Positions 30,266 through 40,914 of a DNA stretch of 64,000 nucleotides are shown here, in pieces (position 1 is the first letter of the stretch; each line of letters begins with the position of its first letter). The translations under genes were made by a program, and so were the position numbers. Source of the stretch: a virus (lineage: Duplodnaviria > Heunggongvirae > Uroviricota > Caudoviricetes); the IMG/VR virus record IMGVR_UViG_2724679293_000007, positions 34,885 to 98,884 of that record, one strand, 5' to 3'. Below the pieces are notes generated by a model, which was not told where the DNA came from, ran no database searches, and saw nothing but the letters and a program-made list of their open reading frames with translations.

Positions 30266-30276
30266 ATAAAATCCTT

Positions 30277-30858
30277 TTACTGGAACGCCCGAACAATATC
30301 GGAGCTGTTATATATCGAAGAACCGGTCAACTGGAGGTTGACGGTGTTTTTCAGGAAATGCCCATTGCTGTCCCTGGGTGCATCGAGATCGAAACTTATG
30401 TCCTGGATAGCGACATCAATGATGTTGATCCGGCGACCAATGTTTAGCGTCACACGCTCCGGGATTCGACCACCAATACTGGCATCTTTAAGTTCCGGGC
30501 TAATCATCGCTGACAATGCGGCGATAGCTCCTGAAACCTCCGTGAATGGGTCAAACAAAGCGATGAAAGTTACTGGCAGCGTGAAAGTCGGCGGTGTTCC
30601 CCCCTCCCAAACCATTAAGCTGTTCCAACGGGCCACCGACGTTGTTTCAGTACCAACCTGCGCAAAACCACTGAAAGCACCAGCAACAGACCCCATGGAC
30701 ATACCGGTAAACGGCGCTTCCCAATTCTGGGCCATGTTCATTGCTGCCCCCTGGCTGATATATCCGGTAACCTGGTACTGAGAGTTCGTTAAAGTAACTT
30801 TCAGAAATGGCGATACACCATCAGCCTGGCTGTAAACCCCATAAGGTATAGGTGCCAT
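30277..30858 (-). CDS. virion structural protein
   Basis: 193-aa ORF, tightly packed with neighbours. Confidence 0.5.
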   Translation of the reverse strand: MAPIPYGVYSQADGVSPFLKVTLTNSQYQVTGYISQGAAMNMAQNWEAPFTGMSMGSVAGAFSGFAQVGTETTSVARWNSLMVWEGGTPPTFTLPVTFIALFDPFTEVSGAIAALSAMISPELKDASIGGRIPERVTLNIGRRINIIDVAIQDISFDLDAPRDSNGHFLKNTVNLQLTGSSIYNSSDIVRAFQ

Positions 30859-30893
30859 TCAAGTTAAAGGCCGGAGTTCTCCGGCCTCCTCCT

Positions 30894-31709
30894 TTAGCCA
30901 AGGCGCTTACGGCGCAGTTTCATTGACTTTTTGCGGGCAAGTTTTGCCGCGCCGGTCTGGGCTTTTCGACGCGCTTTTTTCAGCGCCGATTTTTGAGCCG
31001 CAGTCAGACGTTTTTTCCGCAGGCGTTTACGGATGAGTTTGATCTCACCGTTACGAACAACCTTCTTAAATGCTTCAGTCAGCATTTCATCAGAAGTGCC
31101 AGCAACAACAAACGCCGCTTCCAGTTCGTCGCGGTCGTCGCTATCTAAGCCAGCGATAGAGGCACCAACATCAGCAGCAGCGTCGTCGTCTTCATCGTCA
31201 GCCAGTGCTTCGATCATGTCATCATCTACACCGCATGCTGCGAGGAAGTCAGCAACATTTGCCCATGCTTCGTTATAGGCATCGTCCTGTTCTTCTGTAA
31301 CTTCGGAGTCGTCGTCATCAGAGATACCAGCGATAGCCTGAACGAAACCATCAAGGGAGTCGAAAGTCAGATCACCGCTATCAGCCCAGGCGAAAACGGC
31401 ATCGGCCGCATCACTCAACGCATTCTGCATCGCACTTCGATTTGCAGCTTCCAGAATCATCTGGTGCGCCTGTTCAACGGTCCATTCTTTACCGTCTTTC
31501 TCTTCCAGGATTTGCTCAGGAGCCGGATCAGATGGAACGTTATCGTTAGTCTGTGCCGCCGGTTCCGGATTATTATTAATAACCGGATCTGTTGGCGGTT
31601 CGGCGCTTGCTCGGGCAGACTCCATCAGCTGCACAGGATCAGAGTTCAAAGCGAAACGGGACAGTCCATTCCCCAAAAATGCCCCGGATTGAAAAAAGTT
31701 TTTGCTCAT
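30894..31709 (-). CDS. highly acidic protein with strongly basic C-terminal tail (scaffold or internal protein-like)
   Basis: 271 aa; Asp/Glu-rich core, Lys/Arg-rich last ~50 aa. Confidence 0.5.
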   Translation of the reverse strand: MSKNFFQSGAFLGNGLSRFALNSDPVQLMESARASAEPPTDPVINNNPEPAAQTNDNVPSDPAPEQILEEKDGKEWTVEQAHQMILEAANRSAMQNALSDAADAVFAWADSGDLTFDSLDGFVQAIAGISDDDDSEVTEEQDDAYNEAWANVADFLAACGVDDDMIEALADDEDDDAAADVGASIAGLDSDDRDELEAAFVVAGTSDEMLTEAFKKVVRNGEIKLIRKRLRKKRLTAAQKSALKKARRKAQTGAAKLARKKSMKLRRKRLG

Positions 31710-31718
31710 TGTATTCCC

Positions 31719-33308
31719 TTACTTAATAAGCAGCGGTACGCCCTGGATACGACGGGCTACGCCAGTCGGGCAGCAGGCCCAGACTGCTTCCCATTTATCG
31801 AATTCCGCCTGCGTAACTTTCAGCACATACGGTTCTGTACCGTCAGCATCAGGATCACGAGGAGCCACCAGAGCGCCGGAGGCGACAAAGCGATCTAAAA
31901 GTTTGGTCATCCCTTTAGTCAGACCAGCCGCAGTAATACCGTCCGGGCTATGCTTCATCTGTCGGGCTAACTGGACAAAGAAACGGCTGATTGCATTCAT
32001 CAGGGATGGGACGTGCTGGAAGTGCAGATAGTTATCCTGCGTGCAGCAAGTTAAAGCATCGTCGATGATCATCTGGCCAGAGGTGCCAACAGATACTTTA
32101 TTGAGACGGCCCTTGACCATTGCTTCTTCGTCCGGGGTATCTTCCGGATACAGCGGTTGAATTGACGCACGAGCAATGACGGCACGTTCTTCACCAGCCG
32201 GTGAGTAATGCCAACCGCCGACATCAGAGTTTTTCTTGACGCCACGAGCTTTCGCCGCATACGCCGAGCCAGACAGACCGAAGACCACACGGGATTGGGT
32301 CCATTTGTCTTTGCAGGAGAACGGGAAGTGATAGACAGCACAGCTTACATAATCGGTACCAAGTAAACCGGTATCTTCAACAGCAGAGATCGCTTCCGTG
32401 TACGTCAATGTCGGTTTGACATCAAAGAAGCCATCAATCAGGCGATCTGCACAGATTTTACCTAATGCGGTGATAGCCGCATTGTCATAGCAGCCCAAGC
32501 CAAGAACAGCGGTGTACATGTACGGCGCATTGTTCAGCACTTTCACCGCACGCAGGTACGCAGCGGTTGAGATTTTCGACTGATCACCGTTGGTACCACC
32601 AGTGAACGCCAACGATTTTTTGTTTGTTACTTTCGCTGTAGAAATCAGATCTTCATTAACAACCGCGCGCAGATATTTAGAACGGGCTTCCAGAGCCGTA
32701 GGCAGATAACACAAGCGGCCCATGTCATCTTTCGCTTCTTCCGCCAAAGACACAGTGTGTGTCTCCAGGGTCGTTACCACACCGAGCGAAGTCGTCTGGG
32801 TCAGTTTTAAGAGGAAGCGTTCATTACCCGCGCTGTCCGCTGTTGCCGTTTCGATGGTTAACTCACGGGTAGGTGAAATACACGGATCACCATCATCAAC
32901 GTAGATAGCAAAGGCTTCGCCGCTATCAAGTTCAATTTCAGAACCATATGGCAACGCACTGTAAGCCGGTTCGCCTGATTCATCGAACATAATAATCGGG
33001 AACTTCGCATCATCCGGAACAGCACGGACAACATAACCAGACGTTTGCTGAATAGCTTCGTACACATGGCGAATTGGTTCGAACTGTGAGCCGGAAGACG
33101 GCTTCAGCGGTTCGCCGAGAACATCTTCGTAATTGGACTCAGTAACCGCAAGAACAGTAAACGGCTTGCCACGCGCAAATACGCCAATACCAGCCCACAA
33201 GCTGCTATTTAATGCAACACCGGTAGATAACGTAGCATCGGCATTGATCGGGCTAACCGCGACGCCGGATGCATTACCTAATGACTGTTGAATTGAATAT
33301 TGAGACAT
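31719..33308 (-). CDS. tail sheath protein (P1 gene 22 position)
   Basis: 529 aa; size and position relative to the head gene and parS. Confidence 0.6.
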   Translation of the reverse strand: MSQYSIQQSLGNASGVAVSPINADATLSTGVALNSSLWAGIGVFARGKPFTVLAVTESNYEDVLGEPLKPSSGSQFEPIRHVYEAIQQTSGYVVRAVPDDAKFPIIMFDESGEPAYSALPYGSEIELDSGEAFAIYVDDGDPCISPTRELTIETATADSAGNERFLLKLTQTTSLGVVTTLETHTVSLAEEAKDDMGRLCYLPTALEARSKYLRAVVNEDLISTAKVTNKKSLAFTGGTNGDQSKISTAAYLRAVKVLNNAPYMYTAVLGLGCYDNAAITALGKICADRLIDGFFDVKPTLTYTEAISAVEDTGLLGTDYVSCAVYHFPFSCKDKWTQSRVVFGLSGSAYAAKARGVKKNSDVGGWHYSPAGEERAVIARASIQPLYPEDTPDEEAMVKGRLNKVSVGTSGQMIIDDALTCCTQDNYLHFQHVPSLMNAISRFFVQLARQMKHSPDGITAAGLTKGMTKLLDRFVASGALVAPRDPDADGTEPYVLKVTQAEFDKWEAVWACCPTGVARRIQGVPLLIK

Positions 33309-33368
33309 AACTTTCCCTGTTATGCGCCCCGCACGGGGGCGCTATGTTAAACGGAGAACTTCCCCTGA

Positions 33369-35096
33369 TTACTCAGAGTCACCGGCATCAATCGTGTCGC
33401 CGCTTATGAAGTTAAGCCCGCCTTTTTTGGCCATTGTCAGCGTTACACGAGTGAAGTAATCAGCGCCGTTGCGTGGGTGCATATCGTTGATAGCCGAACC
33501 CCACAGTGTGGTACGGTTGACCAGCGCCGGAGTGGTCGGATGCTGGAACGGGATAGCCGGGACAGCATCACCAGTCACGAAGCCTGCTTTACCCGGATTT
33601 TCATCACGGACGTAGCACAGCACATCCATCGAGCTGAACTGAATGTTCTCTGTCGTTAAGTTCTTACAAATACCAGCAGGTACTTCGTACACTTTCACGT
33701 TACCGAACAGGGTACCGATGTAGTGAACATACGGAGTCTGGATATAGTCTTCGGCTGGCTGGAAGAAATCCTTCGGCAACTGTTTGAAGAAAGATGCTGC
33801 ATCAGCACCAGCAAACATCCCCATCGCACCAGAAGATTTAACGCGCTCAATAATGTCGCGATATACAGTCTGGAATTTGCCACGAATGATGGTTGCCCAT
33901 ACATCAAAGGACTGGTTAACCGGCAGAGCGATGTCAAAGGTGTCGGTCGCAAGAGTACGCCAGATCATGATGCGAAGACGCAGCATATCCTGTTCATGAG
34001 ACAGGTATTCCTTCAGGGTGCGGAACTGTAGGGAACCCAGGTCCAGACCAAATTCACGCTGTGCTTCATACGCCGCCTGTACCGTGTGCTCAGCCGCGAT
34101 AACGAACTGGCTTGGGAACAGGGTGTATTTCTTCATTTCGTGGTTGATCAGCGGGATCAGCTCAGGAGCGGCTTCAATATTGATTTCCGTCTCAATTGCG
34201 ATCTCAGTGCCTTTATCCGGCGCTTTGGAGAACGACAGGGCAATCTGACCAATGTTGTAGTTCAGAGAGCAGGTAACAGTGATTTGCTCACCAGCAGCAT
34301 TAGTAAACGAGTGAAGTAGGCTGCCGGAACCGTTATCAACAACAGACTTAATACGGTTAACGTAGATGTTAGTGCGACCTTTTCGGATTGGTACATTCTG
34401 GCCTTCGAAGTCTTCCATCTTGAAGGTTGCGGTTTTGCTGGTGCCATCGGAGCTTGCCACCAGCACATAGCGGCGGCGTAACTGGCTGTACACACCGACG
34501 GATTGCATGTCCAGAACATCACCAGCAGCATAAGAACCAAAAGAGGAACCTGCCACGTTAAAGACTTCATAGATGTCGGACTGGTCACGCGTAACCGGAA
34601 TGAAGGTACACGCATCAGCGGTAGCTGCCCCCAACTGAACAGGCAGGATCATCGCGAGGAATAAAGGCAGACGCATAACACCGTCAGAAACGCTCATCAT
34701 CTCTGCTGCGACGGATTCCAGCATCGCTTTATTAGTGGCATCCATGCTATTGCGGGTGGACTCAATCAGGCAGTTTTCCAGCGTCTGGTGGCAGGAGGCC
34801 AGAATTTCCGGACGCGGCATAGATTTATGTGCTGCGGCGTAGTCAGCCAGTGCACTTGCCCACGCGGTAGCAATTTGAGCGGTGGCATTATCAGAGATAC
34901 CCGCAAAAATTGGGTCTTTACGTGCAGCTTCAAGGATAGATGCGGCACGCGCGGCATCATCTTTGATGAATTGGTTATCAGTACCGAACTGTGCTGTACT
35001 TGCCCAGCCAAGAACGGCTTTAGAGCGTTTTGCGATATCTGCAATACGATTCTGGTATTCGCGTAAGTTACTCAAGTTACTCTTCCTTAAACACAA
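33369..35096 (-). CDS. major head protein (P1 gene 23 position); start codon uncertain (TTG in track)
   Basis: 575-aa ORF adjacent to parS as in P1; followed by a hairpin. Confidence 0.55.
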   Translation of the reverse strand: MCLRKSNLSNLREYQNRIADIAKRSKAVLGWASTAQFGTDNQFIKDDAARAASILEAARKDPIFAGISDNATAQIATAWASALADYAAAHKSMPRPEILASCHQTLENCLIESTRNSMDATNKAMLESVAAEMMSVSDGVMRLPLFLAMILPVQLGAATADACTFIPVTRDQSDIYEVFNVAGSSFGSYAAGDVLDMQSVGVYSQLRRRYVLVASSDGTSKTATFKMEDFEGQNVPIRKGRTNIYVNRIKSVVDNGSGSLLHSFTNAAGEQITVTCSLNYNIGQIALSFSKAPDKGTEIAIETEINIEAAPELIPLINHEMKKYTLFPSQFVIAAEHTVQAAYEAQREFGLDLGSLQFRTLKEYLSHEQDMLRLRIMIWRTLATDTFDIALPVNQSFDVWATIIRGKFQTVYRDIIERVKSSGAMGMFAGADAASFFKQLPKDFFQPAEDYIQTPYVHYIGTLFGNVKVYEVPAGICKNLTTENIQFSSMDVLCYVRDENPGKAGFVTGDAVPAIPFQHPTTPALVNRTTLWGSAINDMHPRNGADYFTRVTLTMAKKGGLNFISGDTIDAGDSE

Positions 35097-35099
35097 GGC

Positions 35100-35339
35100 A
35101 CTTGTGTGAATCCCTTTTCGGAAGAGATTTTATTGAAAGTCACTTGTTGACTTTCTCGCGAAAAGTAATTTTTTAAATTTTTTGTGCGGGGAAGTGGACG
35201 GTGAATGCAGGCGTTAAATCGTGGGAATTTCAGTCTGAAATTCTCCTAAAAAACACATGCAAATCATAATGTTAGCAATGAAATTGGTGCGGGACATTTT
35301 AGGAAGGGGAGGGGCTAACACCACCTCCCACCAGCGGGA
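35100..35339. other. parS centromere region downstream of parB
   Basis: Contains the perfect palindrome gaatttcag-t-ctgaaattc (heptamer ParB box pair) and an AT-rich stretch; position immediately after the parB stop. Confidence 0.5.
35135..35155 (-). promoter_or_regulatory. candidate late-promoter element (palindrome gaaagtca-cttgt-tgactttc) upstream of the head gene
   Basis: Shares the core TCAACAA(A/G)TGACT (gene strand) with sites upstream of two other late operons at ~21812 and ~54301. Confidence 0.3.
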
Positions 35340-36305
35340 TTATTCCCCAGCAGACATTTTCCCAATGATTTTTTTTATTGCTTCGTCAATTTCAGTTTGC
35401 ACTTCAGACGGGAGTCTGGAGAACTCGTAGGCGACAACCCGTTTTTTCGGATCGGACTTCTTTCGAGCATATTGGCGACGGTCAGAGAAGTCTCGCAGCT
35501 TCTCAACCACCACAGATTTAACCGGCGCGGGCTTCAGGCTTTTGCTTTCCGCTTTGAAGATAGCCAGTATCTTCGCTTTATCCTCTTTCGCGCCCTCAGT
35601 CTCTGCAATTCGTTCGCGCACCGTATCAACCAGCTCTTCAATAGGCACGCTTTTAGCGTTGGCATCCTCGGAGATCTGGAGCAGTAACTGGTAATCTGGC
35701 AGGGCGAGATCGCTGGCAACAGGGAAGACAGCAATCATCTCATCCGGCACCGCTGCCGCCTGGAACGCGCGCGTAACTTTAGCCTTTGAAATGTTCTCAG
35801 CGCGGGCGATCTCTTCTTTGGTCATGCTCTTACCATACATAACCTCGAAGCGTTTACCCAGTTCGCGCAGGGTGTGTTCGCGGGCTGTCTGGATATCAAT
35901 GGCCAGCTGGCGTGCATCCGCCAGGCTGATCTCATCTTTCGTCACCAGAATCTCAAATTTCGTTTCATTGAAGATACACGCAGCGCGGCGACGTGATCCG
36001 TCCAATACCTCAATGCGCTCCCCAACCATACGACCGATAGCCGGGAAGAACTGTTGCAATTTAATGGTGCGGGAAATATCGCTTACCGACTCAGGGGTGA
36101 GCAGAGACTGATCGCGGCCGTTAACTGCCGGGTCAACGAACGTGCGCGACTCAATCTCACCACTCAGCACAACGGTAAGCAAAAATTTAGCCTGGCGGCC
36201 AGATTTTAGGGTAAAGGTTTTGGTGCCTTCACTGCCTTCAAGCATGCGAGCAAACTCGGAGCTATTCTTGCCCAGCACTCGTCCACGGGAAACTATTTTT
36301 TTCAT
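35340..36305 (-). CDS. parB: ParB centromere-binding protein (type Ia partition)
   Basis: 321 aa; conserved ...RDQ..LTP.S...I..TI..QQF.PAIG...G.RIE.LDGSRRRA... block as in P1 ParB. Confidence 0.9.
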   Translation of the reverse strand: MKKIVSRGRVLGKNSSEFARMLEGSEGTKTFTLKSGRQAKFLLTVVLSGEIESRTFVDPAVNGRDQSLLTPESVSDISRTIKLQQFFPAIGRMVGERIEVLDGSRRRAACIFNETKFEILVTKDEISLADARQLAIDIQTAREHTLRELGKRFEVMYGKSMTKEEIARAENISKAKVTRAFQAAAVPDEMIAVFPVASDLALPDYQLLLQISEDANAKSVPIEELVDTVRERIAETEGAKEDKAKILAIFKAESKSLKPAPVKSVVVEKLRDFSDRRQYARKKSDPKKRVVAYEFSRLPSEVQTEIDEAIKKIIGKMSAGE

Positions 36306-37513
36306 GCCGCCTCACCCCTAACAAACTCAATTCGATCAAACACAGCCTTAGTGAAACGCTCGGCCTCGGTTCGAGCCTTCTTCAGCGCCTCTGCACTGCC
36401 TGGATACGATTGCGGGTTGGCACTGATTACGGTGTCGAAAGACTCGCCGCATCGCTCAAATCCATCCAGACGAGGTAGAGAAGAGTCCAGAATGTTGCTG
36501 GCGTAAACCTCACGCGCAAGGCTGTGTGATGTCTCGTGATCGCGCTTGCCGGTCATCTTCGACATAAAACCAATGCTGGCGCTTAAACGCGGTTCTACGC
36601 CTTCCTCCTCCAGTTGCTCCAGCATTTCTGGCAGACGGGTGAGATATTTCAGTGTTGAGTGGAAGTCAACCTGGGCTGGTGGGGTAGGGGTAAGCAGCAA
36701 ATCGCTGGCCGCCAGACCGTTGAGCAGGAACGGATCCAGGTGTGGACCGGTATCAATAAAGATAAAGTCATAATCATCCGCAACACGATCAATGATATTG
36801 CGTCGAAGGATTTCGTACTGATTTTGTCCGGGAAGATGCTCTTCAACCAGCTCTTTCCATTGGCTGGCAACAAAGCCATCGTCGATAGAGGCTGGAATCA
36901 CGTCTACGCCAGGAACGATGGTCGGACGAATCACCTCTTTGCGTAGCGTCTCCGCGTCCAGGTCGTTCAGCATCGCCTGCGCGGCGGTTTCCAGGATGGA
37001 ACCAATACTGTGAGTATGGTCGAGGAACATTGTGCTGGATGCCTGAGGGTCAAGGTCAATTACCAGAATGCGCAGATCGTGACGCAGTAAATCCTGATGC
37101 ACACGCAGAGCGTGCGCCAACGTGACTGTGGAAACCGTTTTGGATACGCCACCCTTCAGGTTTACGACAAAAATAACGTAAGGCGATTTGTGAATGTCGC
37201 GATATTTTGGGATCTTACGGTGGGCATAGATATCAATGACGTTCTGGATGGTCAGCGCGTACTGTTCAACGTTACCGACCTGTTTCTTGTTGAACTGGTA
37301 CCCATCATCTTCCATCTCTTTGATGGCCTGCTCCACAATGCGGCGGCTCAGCTTCGGCAACTTTGCCACAGCGTTACGAGTGAACGTCTGATAATACTCG
37401 GTCTGATTGAACTCTTTGCGCTGATCTTCAATATCCTGACTCATGGCCTTAAGTAATGCGCTTGCACGAAGAGCTATGGTGCCGACACCGCCGTAATCGC
37501 GTTTCATCATCAT
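36302..37513 (-). CDS. parA: ParA partition ATPase (type Ia)
   Basis: 403 aa; deviant Walker A KGGVSKTVSTV and long stretches matching P1 ParA (YVIF..NLKGGVSKTVSTV.LAHA, RILVIDLDPQ, LPRLDGFERCGESFDTVISANP). Confidence 0.95.
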   Translation of the reverse strand: MMMKRDYGGVGTIALRASALLKAMSQDIEDQRKEFNQTEYYQTFTRNAVAKLPKLSRRIVEQAIKEMEDDGYQFNKKQVGNVEQYALTIQNVIDIYAHRKIPKYRDIHKSPYVIFVVNLKGGVSKTVSTVTLAHALRVHQDLLRHDLRILVIDLDPQASSTMFLDHTHSIGSILETAAQAMLNDLDAETLRKEVIRPTIVPGVDVIPASIDDGFVASQWKELVEEHLPGQNQYEILRRNIIDRVADDYDFIFIDTGPHLDPFLLNGLAASDLLLTPTPPAQVDFHSTLKYLTRLPEMLEQLEEEGVEPRLSASIGFMSKMTGKRDHETSHSLAREVYASNILDSSLPRLDGFERCGESFDTVISANPQSYPGSAEALKKARTEAERFTKAVFDRIEFVRGEAA

Positions 37514-37620
37514 CTCCTTATCATTTCGTATGAGTGAATTGTACGTTTGATTCTGCTACGTGCAACTTATTTTGATTCGTGCGTAAATTATTGCACGTAA
37601 AGAAATAGCGATGAGGCTAT

Positions 37621-37908
37621 TAGATGTGTGCTGGAGGGATGATGCAGGACCAGAATGTGCGATAGAGGGAAGTCGCATTGAATTATGTGTTGTGGAGGGA
37701 TCGCTGGTATCAAATATGTGCGCTGAAGGGAAAGATAGAAGATTAGATGTGCGCTGGAGGGAAACTTGGATGGTTAGATGTGTGCTGGAGGGAATGTCTG
37801 GGCAAACTGCGTGGCGCAACCCTCCAGCGCACACCAAAAACAGGAAAATGGGCAGGCATTCCCGGCAGCGCACATTTTTCAAATGCAGCTGCCCTCCAGC
37901 ACACACTT
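37621..37908. repeat. incA: nine 19-bp iterons (GATGTGTGCTGGAGGGAAA family), six direct and three inverted
   Basis: Repeats read directly at ~31-bp spacing downstream of repA. Confidence 0.9.
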
Positions 37909-38767
37909 ATTCGGGAAGTTTCAGCTTTGGATTGCGAGAATGGACGATTACAAAACTTTCCCGGCCTTTCTTCTCAATTGAACAGTCGAGATAGCCGATT
38001 GTTTTAAGCTGTTCTATCGCTTTCTTAATGATACGGTTTTGCTCGCCAACAGCTGACTGCAAAGCCAGGCGCTCACGGATTCGCGCGAACGATAGCGGCA
38101 ACGGGTTCTGCGGAAGGCTTTCGATGAAAGTGTAAATGGCTTGTGCAGCTTCTTTCTTCGGAAGAGCACGCAAGGCGTGGTGTTGCAACAGAACGCGATA
38201 ATCAAGCTGGAACAGCTCCCAGAGCTTCGAATCGGCCTCCAGCTCTATCAGATCAAGGTCAGCATCAAAACGCCCGACCTTCAGCAGACCAGTCTGATAG
38301 CCGCCTTTAGCATCTTTTCCGCGCTTAAAAGCGATACCCTTGTTACGCAAGCGTCCAAGTGATTCATGAATGGTTAAACGCAGTTTCGCATCCAGACGTT
38401 TTGAGGGGAAACCACAGGCTTTAGCGAACTCCTGAAACGATAACTGGATGGTGTTTGAAGACAAGCCGTATTTGCTGAACGCGTAGATGACACCGATCCA
38501 CGTTTTGAAATCAGTATCCATATCGAGTCGAGGACCGGTGATTTTAATATCATCGTAACCCTCGGCTTTAGCTATCTCCAGCTGGGAAAACGCTTTGGTG
38601 GCATCAATCTCTTTACTTTCTCCTTTGCTCTTTGATGGCTTCGGAACGAATACCCCCAAGCGCATCAACGCTACAGGCTGCACAGTGTTGTTTGAATTAA
38701 CTGTTAGTTCTTTTGCCTTACTTTCAATGTCTGCGTAAAGAATATCGGAGATAAATGATTGATTCAT
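37907..38767 (-). CDS. repA: RepA plasmid replication initiator
   Basis: 286 aa, N-terminus MNQSFISDILYADIESKAKELTVNSNN... recognised as P1 RepA; flanked by iteron arrays. Confidence 0.95.
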   Translation of the reverse strand: MNQSFISDILYADIESKAKELTVNSNNTVQPVALMRLGVFVPKPSKSKGESKEIDATKAFSQLEIAKAEGYDDIKITGPRLDMDTDFKTWIGVIYAFSKYGLSSNTIQLSFQEFAKACGFPSKRLDAKLRLTIHESLGRLRNKGIAFKRGKDAKGGYQTGLLKVGRFDADLDLIELEADSKLWELFQLDYRVLLQHHALRALPKKEAAQAIYTFIESLPQNPLPLSFARIRERLALQSAVGEQNRIIKKAIEQLKTIGYLDCSIEKKGRESFVIVHSRNPKLKLPE

Positions 38768-38822
38768 ATTACTTTTTCCGAATTATGTGGATAGTTTTTA
38801 TAAGTGATGATAACTACCCAGG

Positions 38823-38938
38823 CTTTCCCGTCAGCACACATCCTATATCCCGCCAGCACACATTAGCAACCCGTCAGCACACATTTTTATCCCGCCAGCA
38901 CACATCGTTTTCCCTCCAGCACACATCGCGATACACTT
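38823..38938. repeat. incC: five iterons upstream of repA (origin iterons)
   Basis: Five copies of CC(C/G)(T/C)CAGCACACAT... at ~21-bp spacing. Confidence 0.9.
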
Positions 38939-38939
38939 C

Positions 38940-39040
38940 TAGGCCAGACGTGGCGCGGCCTGCAACGATCAGGGATCTATATGGATCTAATTGGGATCTG
39001 TATGGACCTAATTATTGGATCTATCCAGTGGATAATGTGG
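38940..39040. other. oriR core: GATC (Dam site) cluster plus two DnaA boxes
   Basis: gatctatatggatctaattgggatctg...ggatct followed by agtggataa and tgtggataa. Confidence 0.75.
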
Positions 39041-39085
39041 ATAAGTGAAAAACCGGCCAACAAAGCCGGTTGGAAGGAAGCTGTA

Positions 39086-39478
39086 TTATTCTATGCTTTC
39101 GATGAGAAGACCATGTTCATAACATTTAAGCTCATCGCCTTCGTACAGGAATTGGTATCCAATACCACCATCTTCATGGACATTAGGGAATAACTCATAA
39201 CTCACTGAAGAGCAAATCACACCAATACAGCGATCAACGCCTTCTCGTTCTTCAGTGCTGAAAAAATCCTCTTCGGTAAGAACATGAGTACATTGCTCAT
39301 CAGCATAGGTCGGAAATACATGCTCAATGCAATCCGGGTGTTTTAAACCAAGCTGATCGGCAAGCTCGAAAGCACGACGGTATTGTTCAGATCCTAGCTT
39401 GCCAACAGTGATTTGCTCAATTTTGTAGATTGAAGTCGCTTTGTTGATAGTTTGCTTTACTGTTACTTTATCAGACAT
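39086..39478 (-). CDS. hypothetical protein
   Basis: 130-aa ORF, first gene after oriR on the minus strand. Confidence 0.5.
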   Translation of the reverse strand: MSDKVTVKQTINKATSIYKIEQITVGKLGSEQYRRAFELADQLGLKHPDCIEHVFPTYADEQCTHVLTEEDFFSTEEREGVDRCIGVICSSVSYELFPNVHEDGGIGYQFLYEGDELKCYEHGLLIESIE

Positions 39479-39489
39479 AAAAATCCCTT

Positions 39490-39741
39490 TTAGTTACCGC
39501 TAATAGCTCGGTTGTAATCATTAACGTTGCGATTCTTCCTGTTAATCCCCATCAGCATCGTTTCTGTATCGAGGATATACGCTGGCAGATCATCAAAATA
39601 TTCACTGCTAAACTCTGGCATCCTGCACATAAATGCACTTTTTGGGTCAGGGTGGTTAACCTTTGTCGGCGTCGGCGTTAAATTCGCTGATCGACTCCCG
39701 GAGCAACCGCTGAGTGTCAGCAGGAATACGCTGGCGAACAT
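39490..39741 (-). CDS. small lipoprotein
   Basis: Internal start gives MFASVFLLTLSGC (lipobox LSGC). Confidence 0.55.
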   Translation of the reverse strand: MFASVFLLTLSGCSGSRSANLTPTPTKVNHPDPKSAFMCRMPEFSSEYFDDLPAYILDTETMLMGINRKNRNVNDYNRAISGN

Positions 39742-40078
39742 TACCCGCCGCAACCAGTTGTTTCTGAACTTCAGCTTTTCGTTCCATTTGCCCGTCAGCA
39801 TATTTGGCTTGTTCTGATTCATTTTTCACTTCCTGGCTGTGAAAATGTTGCTCTGCTTTGTTCATCGTCTCAATGGTCTGGTTAAGATCCATTATTGACT
39901 TATCACGTTCCTTAACAGCCTGATCAAGACTGCCAATTTTCTCCATGGCTTGCTTTAGCTGATGACGTTCCCATGCAAACCCAGCACCAACAAGTGCGCA
40001 AATCAGAACAAGAACACCAGTAGCAGCATGTTTCTCCTTCAAAGACAAAGCTGTTTTTAACGTAGAAAAGAATGACAT
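39656..40078 (-). CDS. membrane-anchored coiled-coil protein
   Basis: Internal start; one N-terminal TM helix then charged helical region; overlaps the lipoprotein gene by ~85 nt. Confidence 0.45.
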   Translation of the reverse strand: MSFFSTLKTALSLKEKHAATGVLVLICALVGAGFAWERHQLKQAMEKIGSLDQAVKERDKSIMDLNQTIETMNKAEQHFHSQEVKNESEQAKYADGQMERKAEVQKQLVAAGNVRQRIPADTQRLLRESISEFNADADKG

Positions 40079-40117
40079 GTCTTCCTCCTGAAGAAAAATT
40101 ATCAATGAAGTCCTTTG

Positions 40118-40906
40118 TTACTGTGCCGCTTTGTTTAATTCATCAAGAACAGAATCAGGAACCAAAGCGGCAACTGCGCTGGCTGTGCTGGCCTTATTTG
40201 CTGATGCTTCCGCAAGCGCGGTACCGATAGCATGGTTATAAGCAGTTATGGCTACGTTGGCGCTTTCATTCGCTCGTTCATACTGCTGTTGTAACGCAGT
40301 TGTGGGCGCTGTTGTCTGGTTGAAAACAACCCCAAACTGTTCAGTTGCTACTTTCAGAGATTCAATTTGCTCTTCTGTTAGTGCTGGTGGGGGAGTGGCA
40401 GTGCCGCCGCCTGAACCAGAGCCTGACGAGCTTCCTGAGCCAGTGTTAAGGGTCTGGTTAATCTCCCCCATAGCAGCGACTAAACTTGATGTATTAAGCG
40501 CGTTAACAGCGTCCTCAAGCGATTTAGTAATATTCACATCACCAATGGCAATAGAGATCGGCAGTTCTGAAACTTCTCGCTCATTAGCACGGCAGTAAAC
40601 ATCCCAACCAATATCGAGTTGAAGCAGCATTGACAGATCGGCATAACCAGCCAACAGGTCCGCGTGCTTAGTTGCCAGTTCTCCAATGTTCGTTAAGCCG
40701 GTTGTGGTTGTTCTGATCGTTGAAACATAGCTGGTAATAGTGTCAGGATAGACAATTGTATCCAGAATTAATCCGGTCAATTCTTCTGCAAGCAGTTTTG
40801 CTGTGTTAGCACTGTTTCGTGCCGATGTTATGGCACCAGGTGTTTTCATCCCACCGGCGGCGGCCAATTTTTTATATGCGGATAACTGGTAGTCTTTTTC
40901 CAGCAT
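40118..40906 (-). CDS. Gly/Ser/Thr-rich hypothetical protein
   Basis: Internal ATG of track ORF 40118..40963; low-complexity GSGSSSGSGSGGG linker. Confidence 0.5.
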   Translation of the reverse strand: MLEKDYQLSAYKKLAAAGGMKTPGAITSARNSANTAKLLAEELTGLILDTIVYPDTITSYVSTIRTTTTGLTNIGELATKHADLLAGYADLSMLLQLDIGWDVYCRANEREVSELPISIAIGDVNITKSLEDAVNALNTSSLVAAMGEINQTLNTGSGSSSGSGSGGGTATPPPALTEEQIESLKVATEQFGVVFNQTTAPTTALQQQYERANESANVAITAYNHAIGTALAEASANKASTASAVAALVPDSVLDELNKAAQ

Positions 40907-40914
40907 GATATCTC

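Noticed and set aside
35135-35155. Palindrome gaaagtca-cttgt-tgactttc as a transcription terminator
   Set aside because: No adjacent T-run on either strand and it lies upstream, not downstream, of the head gene; more consistent with a protein-binding site (late promoter element or parS-associated).
37621-38938. Regularly spaced 19-bp repeats considered as a CRISPR array
   Set aside because: Repeats are imperfect, occur in both orientations, lack unique spacers of uniform length, and flank repA: they are replication iterons (incA/incC).
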